The notes under the pieces were generated by a model. It searched no databases. It worked only from the letters and a program-made list of their open reading frames with translations, and was not told the origin of the DNA. This document shows positions 10,148 through 19,541 of a stretch of DNA of 48,229 nt, one piece after another. The stretch is taken from contig DALYHW010000001.1 in assembly GCA_031970695.1 (NCBI GenBank), forward strand, positions 1 through 48,229, given 5' to 3'. A program made the translations under genes and the position numbers. This DNA comes from Hylemonella sp. (GTDB taxonomy: Bacteria > Pseudomonadota > Gammaproteobacteria > Burkholderiales > Burkholderiaceae_C). The stretch's first letter is position 1. The number at the start of each line of letters is the position of its first letter.

Positions 10148-10843
10148 ATGTTCCGCACCCTGCTCGAACGCGCCAGCGCCGCCCTGCCCAGCCAGTGCGC
10201 GGTCTGCCACGCCTGGCCGGCCCAGCCGGTCTGCGAGGCCTGCGTGGCCCGTTTCGCCCAGCCCCGGCCCCGCTGCCAGACCTGCGCCTTGCCGGTGCCT
10301 GCCGGTGTGGAACGCTGCGGTGCATGCATCAAGGAGGCGCCGCCGCTGGACCTCTGCCTGGCGGCCGTGCCTTATGAATACCCCTGGAGCGGCCTGATCA
10401 CACGCTACAAGTTCGGCGCCAGCCCCGGCTGGTCGGCCGCACTGGCATTGCTGATGCGCAGCACCCCCTGGGCCGAGCCCGCGCTGGACGCCGCCGACCA
10501 GGTGCTGCCCTTGCCCCTGTCGCGTGAACGGCTGCGCCAGCGCGGCTTCAACCAGGCCCTGGAACTGGCTCGCACGCTGGCACCAGGCAAGGTCGAGTCG
10601 GCGCTGCTGCAACGACTGCGTGATACACCCGCCCAGAGCGCCCTGCCACGCGACCAGCGGTTGCGCAACGTGCGTGGCGCCTTCGGCGTCGTCCCGGGCA
10701 AGGAGGGCCACGTCGCCGGCCGCCGGGTGGTGCTGGTCGACGACGTCATGACCAGCGGCGCCACGCTGTTTGCCGCCGCGCGGGCGCTGCGGGCCGCAGG
10801 CGCCAGCCACATCACCGGCCTGGTGCTGGCGCGCACGGAATAA
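10148..10843 (+). CDS. comF: ComF family protein (zinc finger + phosphoribosyltransferase domain)
   Basis: Several CxxC pairs, RGFNQA, VVLVDDVMTSGAT. Confidence 0.93.
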   Translation: MFRTLLERASAALPSQCAVCHAWPAQPVCEACVARFAQPRPRCQTCALPVPAGVERCGACIKEAPPLDLCLAAVPYEYPWSGLITRYKFGASPGWSAALALLMRSTPWAEPALDAADQVLPLPLSRERLRQRGFNQALELARTLAPGKVESALLQRLRDTPAQSALPRDQRLRNVRGAFGVVPGKEGHVAGRRVVLVDDVMTSGATLFAAARALRAAGASHITGLVLARTE

Positions 10844-10850
10844 TCGCGGG

Positions 10851-11315
10851 ATGTTCCACGTCGTCCTGGTCCACCCCGAAATCCCGCCCAACACCGGCAA
10901 CGTCATCCGCCTGTGTGCCAACACGGGCTGCACCCTGCACCTGATCGAGCCACTGGGCTTCTCGATGGACGACCGCCACATGCGCCGCGCCGGGCTGGAC
11001 TACCATGAATACGCCGAAGTGAAGCGTCACGCCATCTGGGAAACCTTCCTCGCCGACGAACACCCCCGGCCGGACCGCCTGTTTGCGCTAACCACCCGCG
11101 GGACGCGCCTCGTGCACGAGGTGTCCTTCGCGTCCGGTGACTGGCTGGTCTTCGGCTCGGAAACGGCGGGCCTGCCCCCCGATGTGCGCGCCGCTTTTGA
11201 GCCGGCACAGCAACTGAAGCTGCCCATGCGCGCGGGCCAGCGCAGCCTGAACCTGTCCAACGCCGTGGCGGTGACCGTGTTCGAGGCCTGGCGGCAGAAC
11301 GGGTTCAGGCAATAG
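10851..11315 (+). CDS. trmL: tRNA (cytidine/uridine-2'-O)-methyltransferase TrmL
   Basis: PEIPPNTGN, RRAGLDY, FGSETAGL, RSLNLSN SPOUT motifs. Confidence 0.95.
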   Translation: MFHVVLVHPEIPPNTGNVIRLCANTGCTLHLIEPLGFSMDDRHMRRAGLDYHEYAEVKRHAIWETFLADEHPRPDRLFALTTRGTRLVHEVSFASGDWLVFGSETAGLPPDVRAAFEPAQQLKLPMRAGQRSLNLSNAVAVTVFEAWRQNGFRQ

Positions 11316-11319
11316 GGCC

Positions 11320-11396
11320 ATCTCGCTCGGCACTGCGTGTCCTCGCTGCCGCACCAAGGGGGCCCTCGTGGCTTCGGGCGGCCGTGCGCCGCTCGA
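11320..11396. repeat. REP-like structured intergenic element
   Basis: GC-rich hairpin-forming stretch between convergent trmL and MaoC; shares the CACGCAGTGC minihairpin (minus strand) with the element at 20128-20226. Confidence 0.5.
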
Positions 11397-11401
11397 CCTG
11401 A

Positions 11402-11857
11402 TCAGGGATAGCGCCGCGCGATCGACTCGGCCACGCAGACCGGCTTGGGCGCGCCCTCGCGCTCGATGGTGACCTCCCAGGTCATCTGCATGCCCTGGTT
11501 TTCGATGGGCTCGCAGGCCTGCAGCTTCAGGCGGGCGCGCAGGCGGCTGCCCACGGGCACCGGCGCCATGAAGCGCACGCGGTTGAGGCCGTAGTTCACG
11601 CCCATGCGCGACTCGACCACCTCGATGCTGCTCTCGAAGAAGCGCGGAATCAGGGACAGCGTCAGAAAGCCGTGGGCAATGGGTCCACCGAAGGGCCCCG
11701 CCTTGGCGCGCTCCACATCGACGTGGATCCACTGGTGGTCACCCGTGGCCTGGGCGAACTGGTTGACCTGTTCCTGCGTGATGGTGAGCCAGTCGCTGAG
11801 AGCGACTTCCTGGCCCACGAGCGCGGGGAACTCCTGGAGGGACTGGAAGGTTTTCAT
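11402..11857 (-). CDS. MaoC family (R)-hydratase/dehydratase
   Basis: FAQATGDHQWIHVD, IAHGFLTLSL, NYGLNRVRF. Confidence 0.92.
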   Translation of the reverse strand: MKTFQSLQEFPALVGQEVALSDWLTITQEQVNQFAQATGDHQWIHVDVERAKAGPFGGPIAHGFLTLSLIPRFFESSIEVVESRMGVNYGLNRVRFMAPVPVGSRLRARLKLQACEPIENQGMQMTWEVTIEREGAPKPVCVAESIARRYP

Positions 11858-11919
11858 GCCAGCCACTTTAGCGGCGCCAAACACCGCCAGCCTGTCATGC
11901 GGGTGACCGCGTGGCCGGT

Positions 11920-12534
11920 CTAGCTGTCCAGCCAGCGGCAGATCCCCTGCCACTGCTCCAGGTCTTTCTCCACCCGGCTGGGCGCCACGTCGAACAGGGT
12001 CAGGCCATGCGCCGCCAGATGGATGTAGTTCTGCGTGTCGCGCAGGTACCCCAGCACCGGCAGGCCCAGGCTCTCCACGAAGGCCTTGAGCTTGTCGGCC
12101 GACAGGGTGCGCCCGTCCACCCGCATGCCCACGATGCCAATCTTCATGCCCTTGTGGCGATGCTCCTTGATCTCGTCGAGGAAGCTGCGTGTGGCAAAGA
12201 TGTCGAACACGCTGGGCTGCAGGGGGACGACGACCCTGTCGGCATGGTCCAGCACGTCCTTCAGGCGCGCGCCCTTGAGGCCGGCGGGCGTGTCCAGCAC
12301 CACGTGGGTCACGCCCTTGGGCAGCTTGGCGACACGGTCATCACCCACTTCCCAGGGCTGGATGGGACGGGCGGTCGCCGGGCGCAGGCCCAGCCACAGG
12401 CGGGACGACTGCTGGCGATCGGCGTCACCCAGCATCACCTTGTGCCCCCGGCTGGCGTAGTAGCCCGCGATATTGGTGGACAGGGTGGACTTTCCGACGC
12501 CCCCCTTGGGATTGGCAACCACGACGACCGGCAT
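11920..12534 (-). CDS. Orphan ParA family ATPase
   Basis: Deviant Walker A NPKGGVGKST, DADRQ, LDTP; no parB nearby. Confidence 0.9.
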   Translation of the reverse strand: MPVVVVANPKGGVGKSTLSTNIAGYYASRGHKVMLGDADRQQSSRLWLGLRPATARPIQPWEVGDDRVAKLPKGVTHVVLDTPAGLKGARLKDVLDHADRVVVPLQPSVFDIFATRSFLDEIKEHRHKGMKIGIVGMRVDGRTLSADKLKAFVESLGLPVLGYLRDTQNYIHLAAHGLTLFDVAPSRVEKDLEQWQGICRWLDS

Positions 12535-12669
12535 GACGCGCTCCTTGTAGTTAGACCCGGGGAAGATCCGCCTGACTTGCGCCGTGCGCCAGTCAGGCAG
12601 GCCCGCGCCGCCTATGTTAGCGTAGGGTCACGGCTTCAGCCCCCGAATCCGCCACCCAGCGTCTCTTTC

Positions 12670-14499
12670 ATGGAACAACTGCCTTCCTGGCTCGCCAACT
12701 CCTTCATCTACCTCAGCGCGGCGGTCATTGCCGTGCCGCTGAGTCGCTACTTGGGGCTGGGCGCCATCATCGGCTACCTGGCGGCTGGCATCGTGATCGG
12801 CCCCTGGGGCCTGGGCCTGGTGCGCAATGTGGAGGACATCCTGCACTTTGCCGAATTCGGCGTTGTGCTGATGCTCTTCCTCGTGGGCCTGGAACTGGAA
12901 CCGCGCCGGCTCTGGAACCTGCGCCGGCCCATCTTCGGCTGGGGCAGCGCGCAGCTGCTGGCCTGCGCGGGCGTGCTGTTCCTCGCGCTCTACGCGCTGG
13001 GCTTGTGGCAGCCCGCGCTGCTGGGCGGCTGGAAGATGCCGCTGGTCGCGGCCCTGGGCCTGGCCCTGTCGTCCACAGCCATTGCGCTGCAGGTCATGGC
13101 CGAGCGCAACCTGCTGCCCACGCCGGGCGGCCAGGCCGGCTTTTCCATCCTGCTGTTCCAGGACGTGGCGGCCATCCCCATCCTGGCCCTGCTGCCCCTG
13201 CTGGGCGGCACGCTCGACGCCGCCGACGGCGACGGCCACTGGCGTGAGCTGGCCCGCATCGTGGGCGTGATCGCGGTCATCGTGCTGGGGGGCCGCCTGC
13301 TGCTGCGACCGCTGCTGCGCTGGATCGCGCGCAGCCGCACGCCGGAGATATTCACCGCGGCCTCGCTGCTGCTGGTAGTCGGCATCGCCGGCCTGATGCA
13401 GCTCGTCGGCCTGTCCATGGGCCTGGGCGCCTTTCTGGCCGGCGTGCTGCTGGCCGAAAGCGAATACCGGCGCGAACTGGAGACCGACATCGAGCCCTTC
13501 AAGGGCCTGCTGCTGGGCCTCTTCTTCATCGCGGTGGGCATGAACATCGACCTGGGGGTGCTGCGCGCGTCACCCGGCCTCATGGCGTTGATCGTGCTCG
13601 GATTCCTGGCGGTGAAGGCGGCGCTGATCTACGTCATGACACGTGGCATGCAGGTCCCGCTGCAGGAGCGCCCGGTCATCACACTGCTGCTGGCGCAGGG
13701 CGGCGAGTTTGCCTTTGTCGTCTTCCAGGCCGCCACCAGCGCACAGGTGATGCCGTCGGCCACCGCCTCGCTGCTGATCGGTGCGGTAGCCCTGTCGATG
13801 CTGCTCAGCCCCCTGCTGCTGGTGGCCATGGACCGCTGGCTCATGCCGCGTCTCGCCGGTGCGGGTACCGCAGCACCGGCAGAAATTTCCGAGCCGCAGA
13901 ACGCGCCGGTGCTGATCGCCGGATTCGGCCGCTATGGCCAGATCATTGCGCGGGTCATGCTGGCCCAGGGCATCCCCAGCACCGTGCTGGACCACGATGC
14001 CGACATGATCGAGGCCGCGCGCAGCTTCGGCTACCGGGTGTTCTATGGCGACGCAACGCGCCTGGACCTGCTGCGCATCGCCGGCGCGGCCACGGCCCGG
14101 GTGCTGGTGGTGGCGGTGGACGACAAGGAGCAGTCACTGAAGATCGTCGATCTGGCGCATGAGCATTTCCCGCAGCTGGAGATCGTGGCCCGGGCGCGCG
14201 ACGTGACGCACTGGCACGAACTGCGCGAGCGCGGGGTGACGCTGGTGCAACGCGAACTGTTCGAATCCAGCCTGCGCAGCGCGCGCAGCGTGCTGGAATT
14301 GCTGGGCCACACGCACGAGCAGGCCCGCCAGTTCGCCTGGCGCTTCCGCCAGCACAACCTCGAGTTGTTCGAGAAGATGCACCCGCACTACAAGGACCGA
14401 AACCAGCTGATCGCCGTGGTCAAGCAGGGCCGCCAGCAGCTGGAGGAGCAGATGGCGCAGGAGCGGGCCGAGCGCCAGCAGCGCCAGCCGGGCGATTGA
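12670..14499 (+). CDS. kefC: Glutathione-gated K+ efflux antiporter KefC/KefB
   Basis: CPA2 TM domain, ELETDIEPFKGLL loop, KTN GFGRYGQ, FYGDATRLDLL; start reassigned to ATG 12670. Confidence 0.92.
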   Translation: MEQLPSWLANSFIYLSAAVIAVPLSRYLGLGAIIGYLAAGIVIGPWGLGLVRNVEDILHFAEFGVVLMLFLVGLELEPRRLWNLRRPIFGWGSAQLLACAGVLFLALYALGLWQPALLGGWKMPLVAALGLALSSTAIALQVMAERNLLPTPGGQAGFSILLFQDVAAIPILALLPLLGGTLDAADGDGHWRELARIVGVIAVIVLGGRLLLRPLLRWIARSRTPEIFTAASLLLVVGIAGLMQLVGLSMGLGAFLAGVLLAESEYRRELETDIEPFKGLLLGLFFIAVGMNIDLGVLRASPGLMALIVLGFLAVKAALIYVMTRGMQVPLQERPVITLLLAQGGEFAFVVFQAATSAQVMPSATASLLIGAVALSMLLSPLLLVAMDRWLMPRLAGAGTAAPAEISEPQNAPVLIAGFGRYGQIIARVMLAQGIPSTVLDHDADMIEAARSFGYRVFYGDATRLDLLRIAGAATARVLVVAVDDKEQSLKIVDLAHEHFPQLEIVARARDVTHWHELRERGVTLVQRELFESSLRSARSVLELLGHTHEQARQFAWRFRQHNLELFEKMHPHYKDRNQLIAVVKQGRQQLEEQMAQERAERQQRQPGD

Positions 14500-14502
14500 C
14501 GG

Positions 14503-15258
14503 TCAGCGGAACGCGTCCCACACCAGCTTGATCCCGGTGAGGAAGAGCCCGAGGTAGATCAGCTGGTAGAACAGGCGGGCGTTGATGCGACGGGCCATGC
14601 GGATGCCCACCCACACGCCTACGGGCGCCAGCGGCAGCAGCACCAGCGAAGTTGCAAGGTTGCGCCAGTCCAGCAGGCCCAGCCAGGCGTAGGGCAGCCA
14701 CTTGGCGAGGTTGATGAAAAAGAAGAACCAGGACATCGTGGCCGCGAACACCACGGGCCTGAGCTTGAGCGGCAGCACATAGGCCGTGATGGGCGGCCCC
14801 CCGGCATGGGCCACGAAGCTGGTGAAGCCGGAGGCCGCCGTCAGCACGGCACCCACCCAGCGCGGCGGCGGCACGCTGTCGGCATGCGGCGGAAACAGCA
14901 GGCGCTGCGCCAGGAACAGCAGCGTGAACACGCCCACGATGCCGGCCACGATGTTGGCGGGCAGCACCTTGAACAGCAGCGCGCCGATCACGATGCCCAC
15001 CAGTCCGGAAGGCAGCAGGAACTTGAGCAGGGCCTTGTCGTAGTCCTTGCGCAGCGCCGCAATGCCCAGCAGGTCCATGACCAGCAACACGGGCATGAGG
15101 ATGGCCGCGGCCTGCGGCACAGTGACGGCCAGCGCCATCATGGGCACGGCCAGCGAACCGAAGCCGGCGCCAAAGCCGCTCTTGCTGATGCCCAGCAGGA
15201 GCACGGCCGGCACCGATACGGCGTAGAAATACCAGTCGGTGATCAGCGGAAAACTCAC
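14503..15258 (-). CDS. TauE/SafE sulfite exporter family protein
   Basis: GISKSGFGAG, SFVAHAGGPP; multi-TM, about 250 aa. Confidence 0.85.
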   Translation of the reverse strand: MSFPLITDWYFYAVSVPAVLLLGISKSGFGAGFGSLAVPMMALAVTVPQAAAILMPVLLVMDLLGIAALRKDYDKALLKFLLPSGLVGIVIGALLFKVLPANIVAGIVGVFTLLFLAQRLLFPPHADSVPPPRWVGAVLTAASGFTSFVAHAGGPPITAYVLPLKLRPVVFAATMSWFFFFINLAKWLPYAWLGLLDWRNLATSLVLLPLAPVGVWVGIRMARRINARLFYQLIYLGLFLTGIKLVWDAFR

Positions 15259-15312
15259 GCCGCGATTGTCGCAGGGCGGCGCGCCCGGATCACAGGCGCG
15301 CCGAGGGCTTCA

Positions 15313-15855
15313 TCAGCCGACACGTGCCTTGAGTTTCTGCATGGCGGCAAGCAGTTCACCGATCACCTTGGCCGTGGCCTCGTCGGTCAGCTCACCCTGC
15401 TCGTTGAACTTGCCGGCGCAATGGTTGATGAAGACCTCGGGCTTGTTCACCACAAAAGCGTTCATGAACACAAAGACCTGGCGCAGGTGGTACTGCACCC
15501 GCGCGGTGCCGACCTGACCCGGGGACGCGCCCATGATGCCCACCACCTTGCCGTCGAACGGCGGCTCCGGCGGACGCGACAGCCAGTCCAGCGTGTTCTT
15601 GAGCACGCCGGGGATGGAGAAGTTGAACTCGGGCGTGACGATCAGCACGGCGTCGGCCGCACGCACCTGCGCCTTGAGCGCCGTCACGGCAGCCGGTTCG
15701 CCCGCCAGGCGAACGTCATCGTTGTAGAGCGGGATCGCCGAGATGTCGGCGATGGAAACTTCGACGCCGGCGGGGGCCAGCTTCTGCGCCGCGCGCAGCG
15801 CCATGGTGTTGAAGGAGCCCTTGCGCAGGCTGCCGGAGATACCGAGGATTTTCAT
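15313..15855 (-). CDS. NAD(P)H-dependent FMN/quinone reductase (ChrR/SsuE-like)
   Basis: GSLRKGSFN, TPEFNFSIPGVLKNTLDWLSR. Confidence 0.9.
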   Translation of the reverse strand: MKILGISGSLRKGSFNTMALRAAQKLAPAGVEVSIADISAIPLYNDDVRLAGEPAAVTALKAQVRAADAVLIVTPEFNFSIPGVLKNTLDWLSRPPEPPFDGKVVGIMGASPGQVGTARVQYHLRQVFVFMNAFVVNKPEVFINHCAGKFNEQGELTDEATAKVIGELLAAMQKLKARVG

Positions 15856-15890
15856 AGCGAGTCCAGATGAAGAAAAAGGGATGAACCAGA

Positions 15891-16889
15891 TTATTCGGCC
15901 TTGATGCCGATGTCGCGCACCAGCCGGGTCCAGCGCTCGACATCGCGCCGCACCAGGGCACGGGTCTGCTCGGCGCTCAGGGCCAGCGGCTTGCCACCGG
16001 CCTTGCGGAAATTTTCCTGTAGCTCGGGCTGGACGACGACCTTGGCCAGTTCGCTGCGCAGGCGCTCCTGCACATCGGCCGGCGTCTTGCTCGGCACGAA
16101 ATAGCCGAACCAGGATTCCAGATCCAGCTGGGCCACGCCGGATTCGATGATGGTGGGCACGTCCGGGTGCATGGGATTGCGCTCGGGCCCGGACACGGCC
16201 AGCGCCTTCACCGTACCCGCGTTGACCTGCACGCGCGCCGTGGACGAGAGGTCAAAGAACAGGTCCACCCGGCCACCGAGGAGATCCTGGTAGGCCGCCT
16301 GCGCACCGCGGTAGGGCACGTGCGTGATGTTGACACCGGCCAGGTGCCACAGCGCCGCCGCCAGCACGTGCTGGCCTGAGCCGTTGCCCGCCGAGGCGTA
16401 GGTGAGCTTGCCCGGGTTGGCCTTGGCGTAGGCCACCACGTCCTTGAGCGAATTGAAGGGCAGGTCCTTGCGCGCCATCAGGGTGTAGCTGTAGCTCACG
16501 GCCAGGCCCACAGGTTCGAAGTCACGCAGGCTGTCATAGGACAGCTTGTCGTACAGGCCCATGTTGAGCGCGATGTTGGACACCGAACCCATGAGCAAGG
16601 TGTAACCGTCCGGGTCGGCCTTGGCGGCCGCATCGGTCCCGACCAGCGTGCCCGAGCCCGGCTTGTTCTCCACCACCACGCTCTGGCCCAGGGCCTTGCC
16701 CAGGCGCTCGGCCAGCGCGCGGGCGACGAAGTCGAAACCGCCACCCGGCGGCTGCGGCACGATGACGCGCAAGGGGCGCGCCGGCCAGGCCTGCGCCCAC
16801 GCGCCCGGGGCAAGGCTGGCGAGCGCCAGCGCGGGCACGGCCTGCACCAGATGGCGACGCGTGAGCGTCGATTGCGGCTGTTTGTCCAT
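15891..16889 (-). CDS. Bug/TTT substrate-binding protein (possible Tat signal)
   Basis: PPGGGFD, ENKPG, HVPYRG; TRRHL twin-arginine-like leader. Confidence 0.92.
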   Translation of the reverse strand: MDKQPQSTLTRRHLVQAVPALALASLAPGAWAQAWPARPLRVIVPQPPGGGFDFVARALAERLGKALGQSVVVENKPGSGTLVGTDAAAKADPDGYTLLMGSVSNIALNMGLYDKLSYDSLRDFEPVGLAVSYSYTLMARKDLPFNSLKDVVAYAKANPGKLTYASAGNGSGQHVLAAALWHLAGVNITHVPYRGAQAAYQDLLGGRVDLFFDLSSTARVQVNAGTVKALAVSGPERNPMHPDVPTIIESGVAQLDLESWFGYFVPSKTPADVQERLRSELAKVVVQPELQENFRKAGGKPLALSAEQTRALVRRDVERWTRLVRDIGIKAE

Positions 16890-16931
16890 GTCGGTCTCCT
16901 CGTCTTGTGGTTCGTGATGGGCCGCCGGAAC

Positions 16932-17549
16932 TCAGCGCTCCAGCGCGCCGCCGGCCAGCCAGCGCGCGCCGCGCTTGTACAGCTCCTCCACCACCGGCCC
17001 CTTGAGCATGGGCATGTCCATCTTCACCTTGTAGCCGATGCGCGTCTGGATATACGCCAGGTGGCGGTAGCCCTCGGGGAAGGAGGCCAGCGCCGGCTGG
17101 TCCAGCTTGAGCACCGCGGTGGAGTCGACCGGGTCGATGCGGTCCTTCTCGTAGATCGGCTGGCGGTGGATCAGCTTCCACTCGCCCTGGTGCTTCAGCA
17201 CGAAGTCGTAGAAGCGGCCGGTGCAGACCACGTCGCACAGCACGGGACCGTCCGCACCTTCGACCATGCCGCGCTGGGAGATGGTCATCTTCGTCTGGGC
17301 AATCGCGCGGTCGCCCGCCACCTCGATGGCCGAGCCCCCGAGGAAGTGCAGGATGCTCACGCCTTTGGCCCAGCCTTCCTTCGTGACGCGGATGAACTCC
17401 GCAAACGGGCCCTGGAACCAGGTGGCCATCATCACGCCTTCGGGATGCCAGACCGTGGCGAAACGCTCCCAGTCGCCGGCATCACGCCACACGGCCCAGC
17501 GCTCCACCATCTGGCGGATCAGCAGTTCGTCTTGAAGTTGTGGGTTCAT
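16932..17549 (-). CDS. SnoaL/NTF2-like protein
   Basis: IRQMVERWAVWRDAGDWERF...GRFYD...EWKL NTF2-fold pattern plus C-terminal YEKDR...FPEGYRHLAY extension. Confidence 0.8.
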   Translation of the reverse strand: MNPQLQDELLIRQMVERWAVWRDAGDWERFATVWHPEGVMMATWFQGPFAEFIRVTKEGWAKGVSILHFLGGSAIEVAGDRAIAQTKMTISQRGMVEGADGPVLCDVVCTGRFYDFVLKHQGEWKLIHRQPIYEKDRIDPVDSTAVLKLDQPALASFPEGYRHLAYIQTRIGYKVKMDMPMLKGPVVEELYKRGARWLAGGALER

Positions 17550-17575
17550 GGTCTTTCCTTGGAAACAAAAAAATC

Positions 17576-17878
17576 TCAGGGTACGGCGTAGTCCACCTGG
17601 TGACGGGCAATGCGCAGGTCGCCGAGCTCCTGCTTCACGCGCAGGTGCTCGGGATGGCCGGCGTAGGCGTCCAGCGCCGCCTGGCTCTCGAACTCGGTGT
17701 AGAGCACCACGTCACAGGCGTAATCGACCCCGCTGCCGTCCACCCCCACCTCCAGCCGCAGCAGGCCGGGAATGCGGCCGCGCAGGCCCTCGAAGGCACG
17801 CTGCAGCTGCTCGATGCCGCGCGCCTTCTGTGCCGGCGTGTCGCCACGCACGTTCCACATCACGATGTGCTTGATCAT
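17576..17878 (-). CDS. Dabb family stress-responsive alpha/beta barrel
   Basis: MIKHIVMW, IPG, YAGHPEH, VDY. Confidence 0.9.
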   Translation of the reverse strand: MIKHIVMWNVRGDTPAQKARGIEQLQRAFEGLRGRIPGLLRLEVGVDGSGVDYACDVVLYTEFESQAALDAYAGHPEHLRVKQELGDLRIARHQVDYAVP

Positions 17879-17882
17879 GGGT

Positions 17883-18188
17883 TCAGGCCGCTGGCGGGAA
17901 ACCGGCTTTCTGCGGCCACAGGTTGGCAAAGGCGTGGATGGTGGTGCTGGCGTACAGGCCGGCCCTGGTGAAGGGCTCGTTGGCCAGCCAGGCATGTGCC
18001 GCATCGCGGCTGGGGAAATCGATCACGAGCAGGCTGCCCAGCATGGTCTGGCCGTCGTCGTGCGTGAAGGGGCCGGCAAAGGCGATGCGGTCGGCCATGG
18101 CAGCGAGATAGCCCTTGTGCTCGGGACGCACGCGCTGTCGCAGCGCGCCATGGTCGGGCTTGTCGATCAGTATGAAGGCAAACAGCAT
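17883..18188 (-). CDS. YciI family protein
   Basis: RQRVRPEHKGYL, AGP, GSLLV, EPFTRAGL. Confidence 0.9.
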   Translation of the reverse strand: MLFAFILIDKPDHGALRQRVRPEHKGYLAAMADRIAFAGPFTHDDGQTMLGSLLVIDFPSRDAAHAWLANEPFTRAGLYASTTIHAFANLWPQKAGFPPAA

Positions 18189-18218
18189 GATGGGTCCTCA
18201 GATGGCTCGGTTCAGGGT

Positions 18219-19541
18219 TCAGTTCATATAGGCCAGCCAGGTCGACAGCTTGGGAAAAGCCACCAGCAGGGCCAGCACGGCCGTCATGGCCAGCACGAAG
18301 GGGAAGGCGCCGGCAAAGATGTCCCGGATCGTGATGCGCGAGTCGTTCAGCGCCGACTTCACGGTATAGACCGACACGCCGAAGGGTGGCGTCAGCAGGC
18401 CGATCTCCACCGCCACCACGGTCACGACGCCGAACCAGACGATGTCCATGCCGAAGCTGCGTGCAATCGGCAGCACGATGGGCAACATGATGAGCATGAT
18501 GGAGACCGAGTCGATGATGCAGCCCAAGGCGACGACGATCAGCAGGTAGGCGCCCAGGAAGCCCCAAGGCCCCCAGCCCATGTCGGTGATGCCCGCGGTC
18601 ACGGCAGCCGGCATGCCGGTGAGCGCCAGCATGCGGCTGTAGAGCATGGCCGAGATGATGAGAAAGAGCACCGACACCGAGACGTAGCCGGTCTCGGTCA
18701 GCACATTCCACAGCTTGCGCCAGTCCAGGCGGCGGCGCACCAGCGCGATCAGCAGCGCCCCTGCCGCCCCCACGGCGCCCGCCTCGGTGGGCGTGAACAG
18801 GCCGCCGTACAGCCCCCCCAGCACAAGGGTGATGAGGATCAGGATGGGGATGAACTTGAGCGCGGCCGAACGCAGGGTTTCGGTGGACTCGTCGCTGCGG
18901 GCCAGGTCGGCCGGGTTGCTCATGATCATGGCCGGGCGCAGGTAGGCCATGCCCACGATCAGCACGGCAAAGCCGGCCGCCAGGACGATGCCCGGGATGA
19001 TGCCTGCGATGAACATGCGTCCGACCGATTCCTCGGCCAGCACACCGTAGATGATCATCAGCAGCGAGGGCGGGATCAGCATACCCAGCACCGACGACCC
19101 CGCCACCACGCCGACCGCAAAGCGCCGCGTGTAGCCGTGACGCACCATCTCGGGCACGGCCACCTTGGTAAAGACCGAGGCCGATGCGATGGAGATGCCG
19201 GTGATGGCCGCAAACACCGCGTTGGCCCCCACGGTGGCCAGGCCCAGGCCGCCGCGGATGCGGCGCGTGAGCCACTGGAAGACATCAAAGGTGTCGCGTC
19301 CCACGCCCGAGACACTGACCAGCATGCCCATGAGCACGAAGAGCGGAATCACGCCGAACAGGTAGTCGCGGATGGCGTCGTTGGCCGAAGCCGCCACGAA
19401 ACGCGCGGCCACATCCGGCGACTTGATGAGGGCCACGCTGACAAAGGAGGTGACGATCAGCGCCACGCCGATGTGCATGCCAAAGTAGATGCCGGCCAGC
19501 ATCAGGCCGATGGAGAGCAGGCCGATCTGCAGATCAGTCAT
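18219..19541 (-). CDS. dctM: TRAP transporter large permease
   Basis: IPLFVLMG, GMLIPPS, FTPTEAGAVG, GLLTPPFG; start reassigned to 19541. Confidence 0.93.
   Translation of the reverse strand: MTDLQIGLLSIGLMLAGIYFGMHIGVALIVTSFVSVALIKSPDVAARFVAASANDAIRDYLFGVIPLFVLMGMLVSVSGVGRDTFDVFQWLTRRIRGGLGLATVGANAVFAAITGISIASASVFTKVAVPEMVRHGYTRRFAVGVVAGSSVLGMLIPPSLLMIIYGVLAEESVGRMFIAGIIPGIVLAAGFAVLIVGMAYLRPAMIMSNPADLARSDESTETLRSAALKFIPILILITLVLGGLYGGLFTPTEAGAVGAAGALLIALVRRRLDWRKLWNVLTETGYVSVSVLFLIISAMLYSRMLALTGMPAAVTAGITDMGWGPWGFLGAYLLIVVALGCIIDSVSIMLIMLPIVLPIARSFGMDIVWFGVVTVVAVEIGLLTPPFGVSVYTVKSALNDSRITIRDIFAGAFPFVLAMTAVLALLVAFPKLSTWLAYMN

Noticed and set aside
11920..12534. ParA as a sign of a plasmid or integrative element
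   Set aside because: No parB, rep, integrase or att site; flanked by housekeeping genes with normal composition
11911..12669. N-terminal extension making KefC 862 aa
   Set aside because: Antisense to parA; Kef similarity begins at ATG 12670
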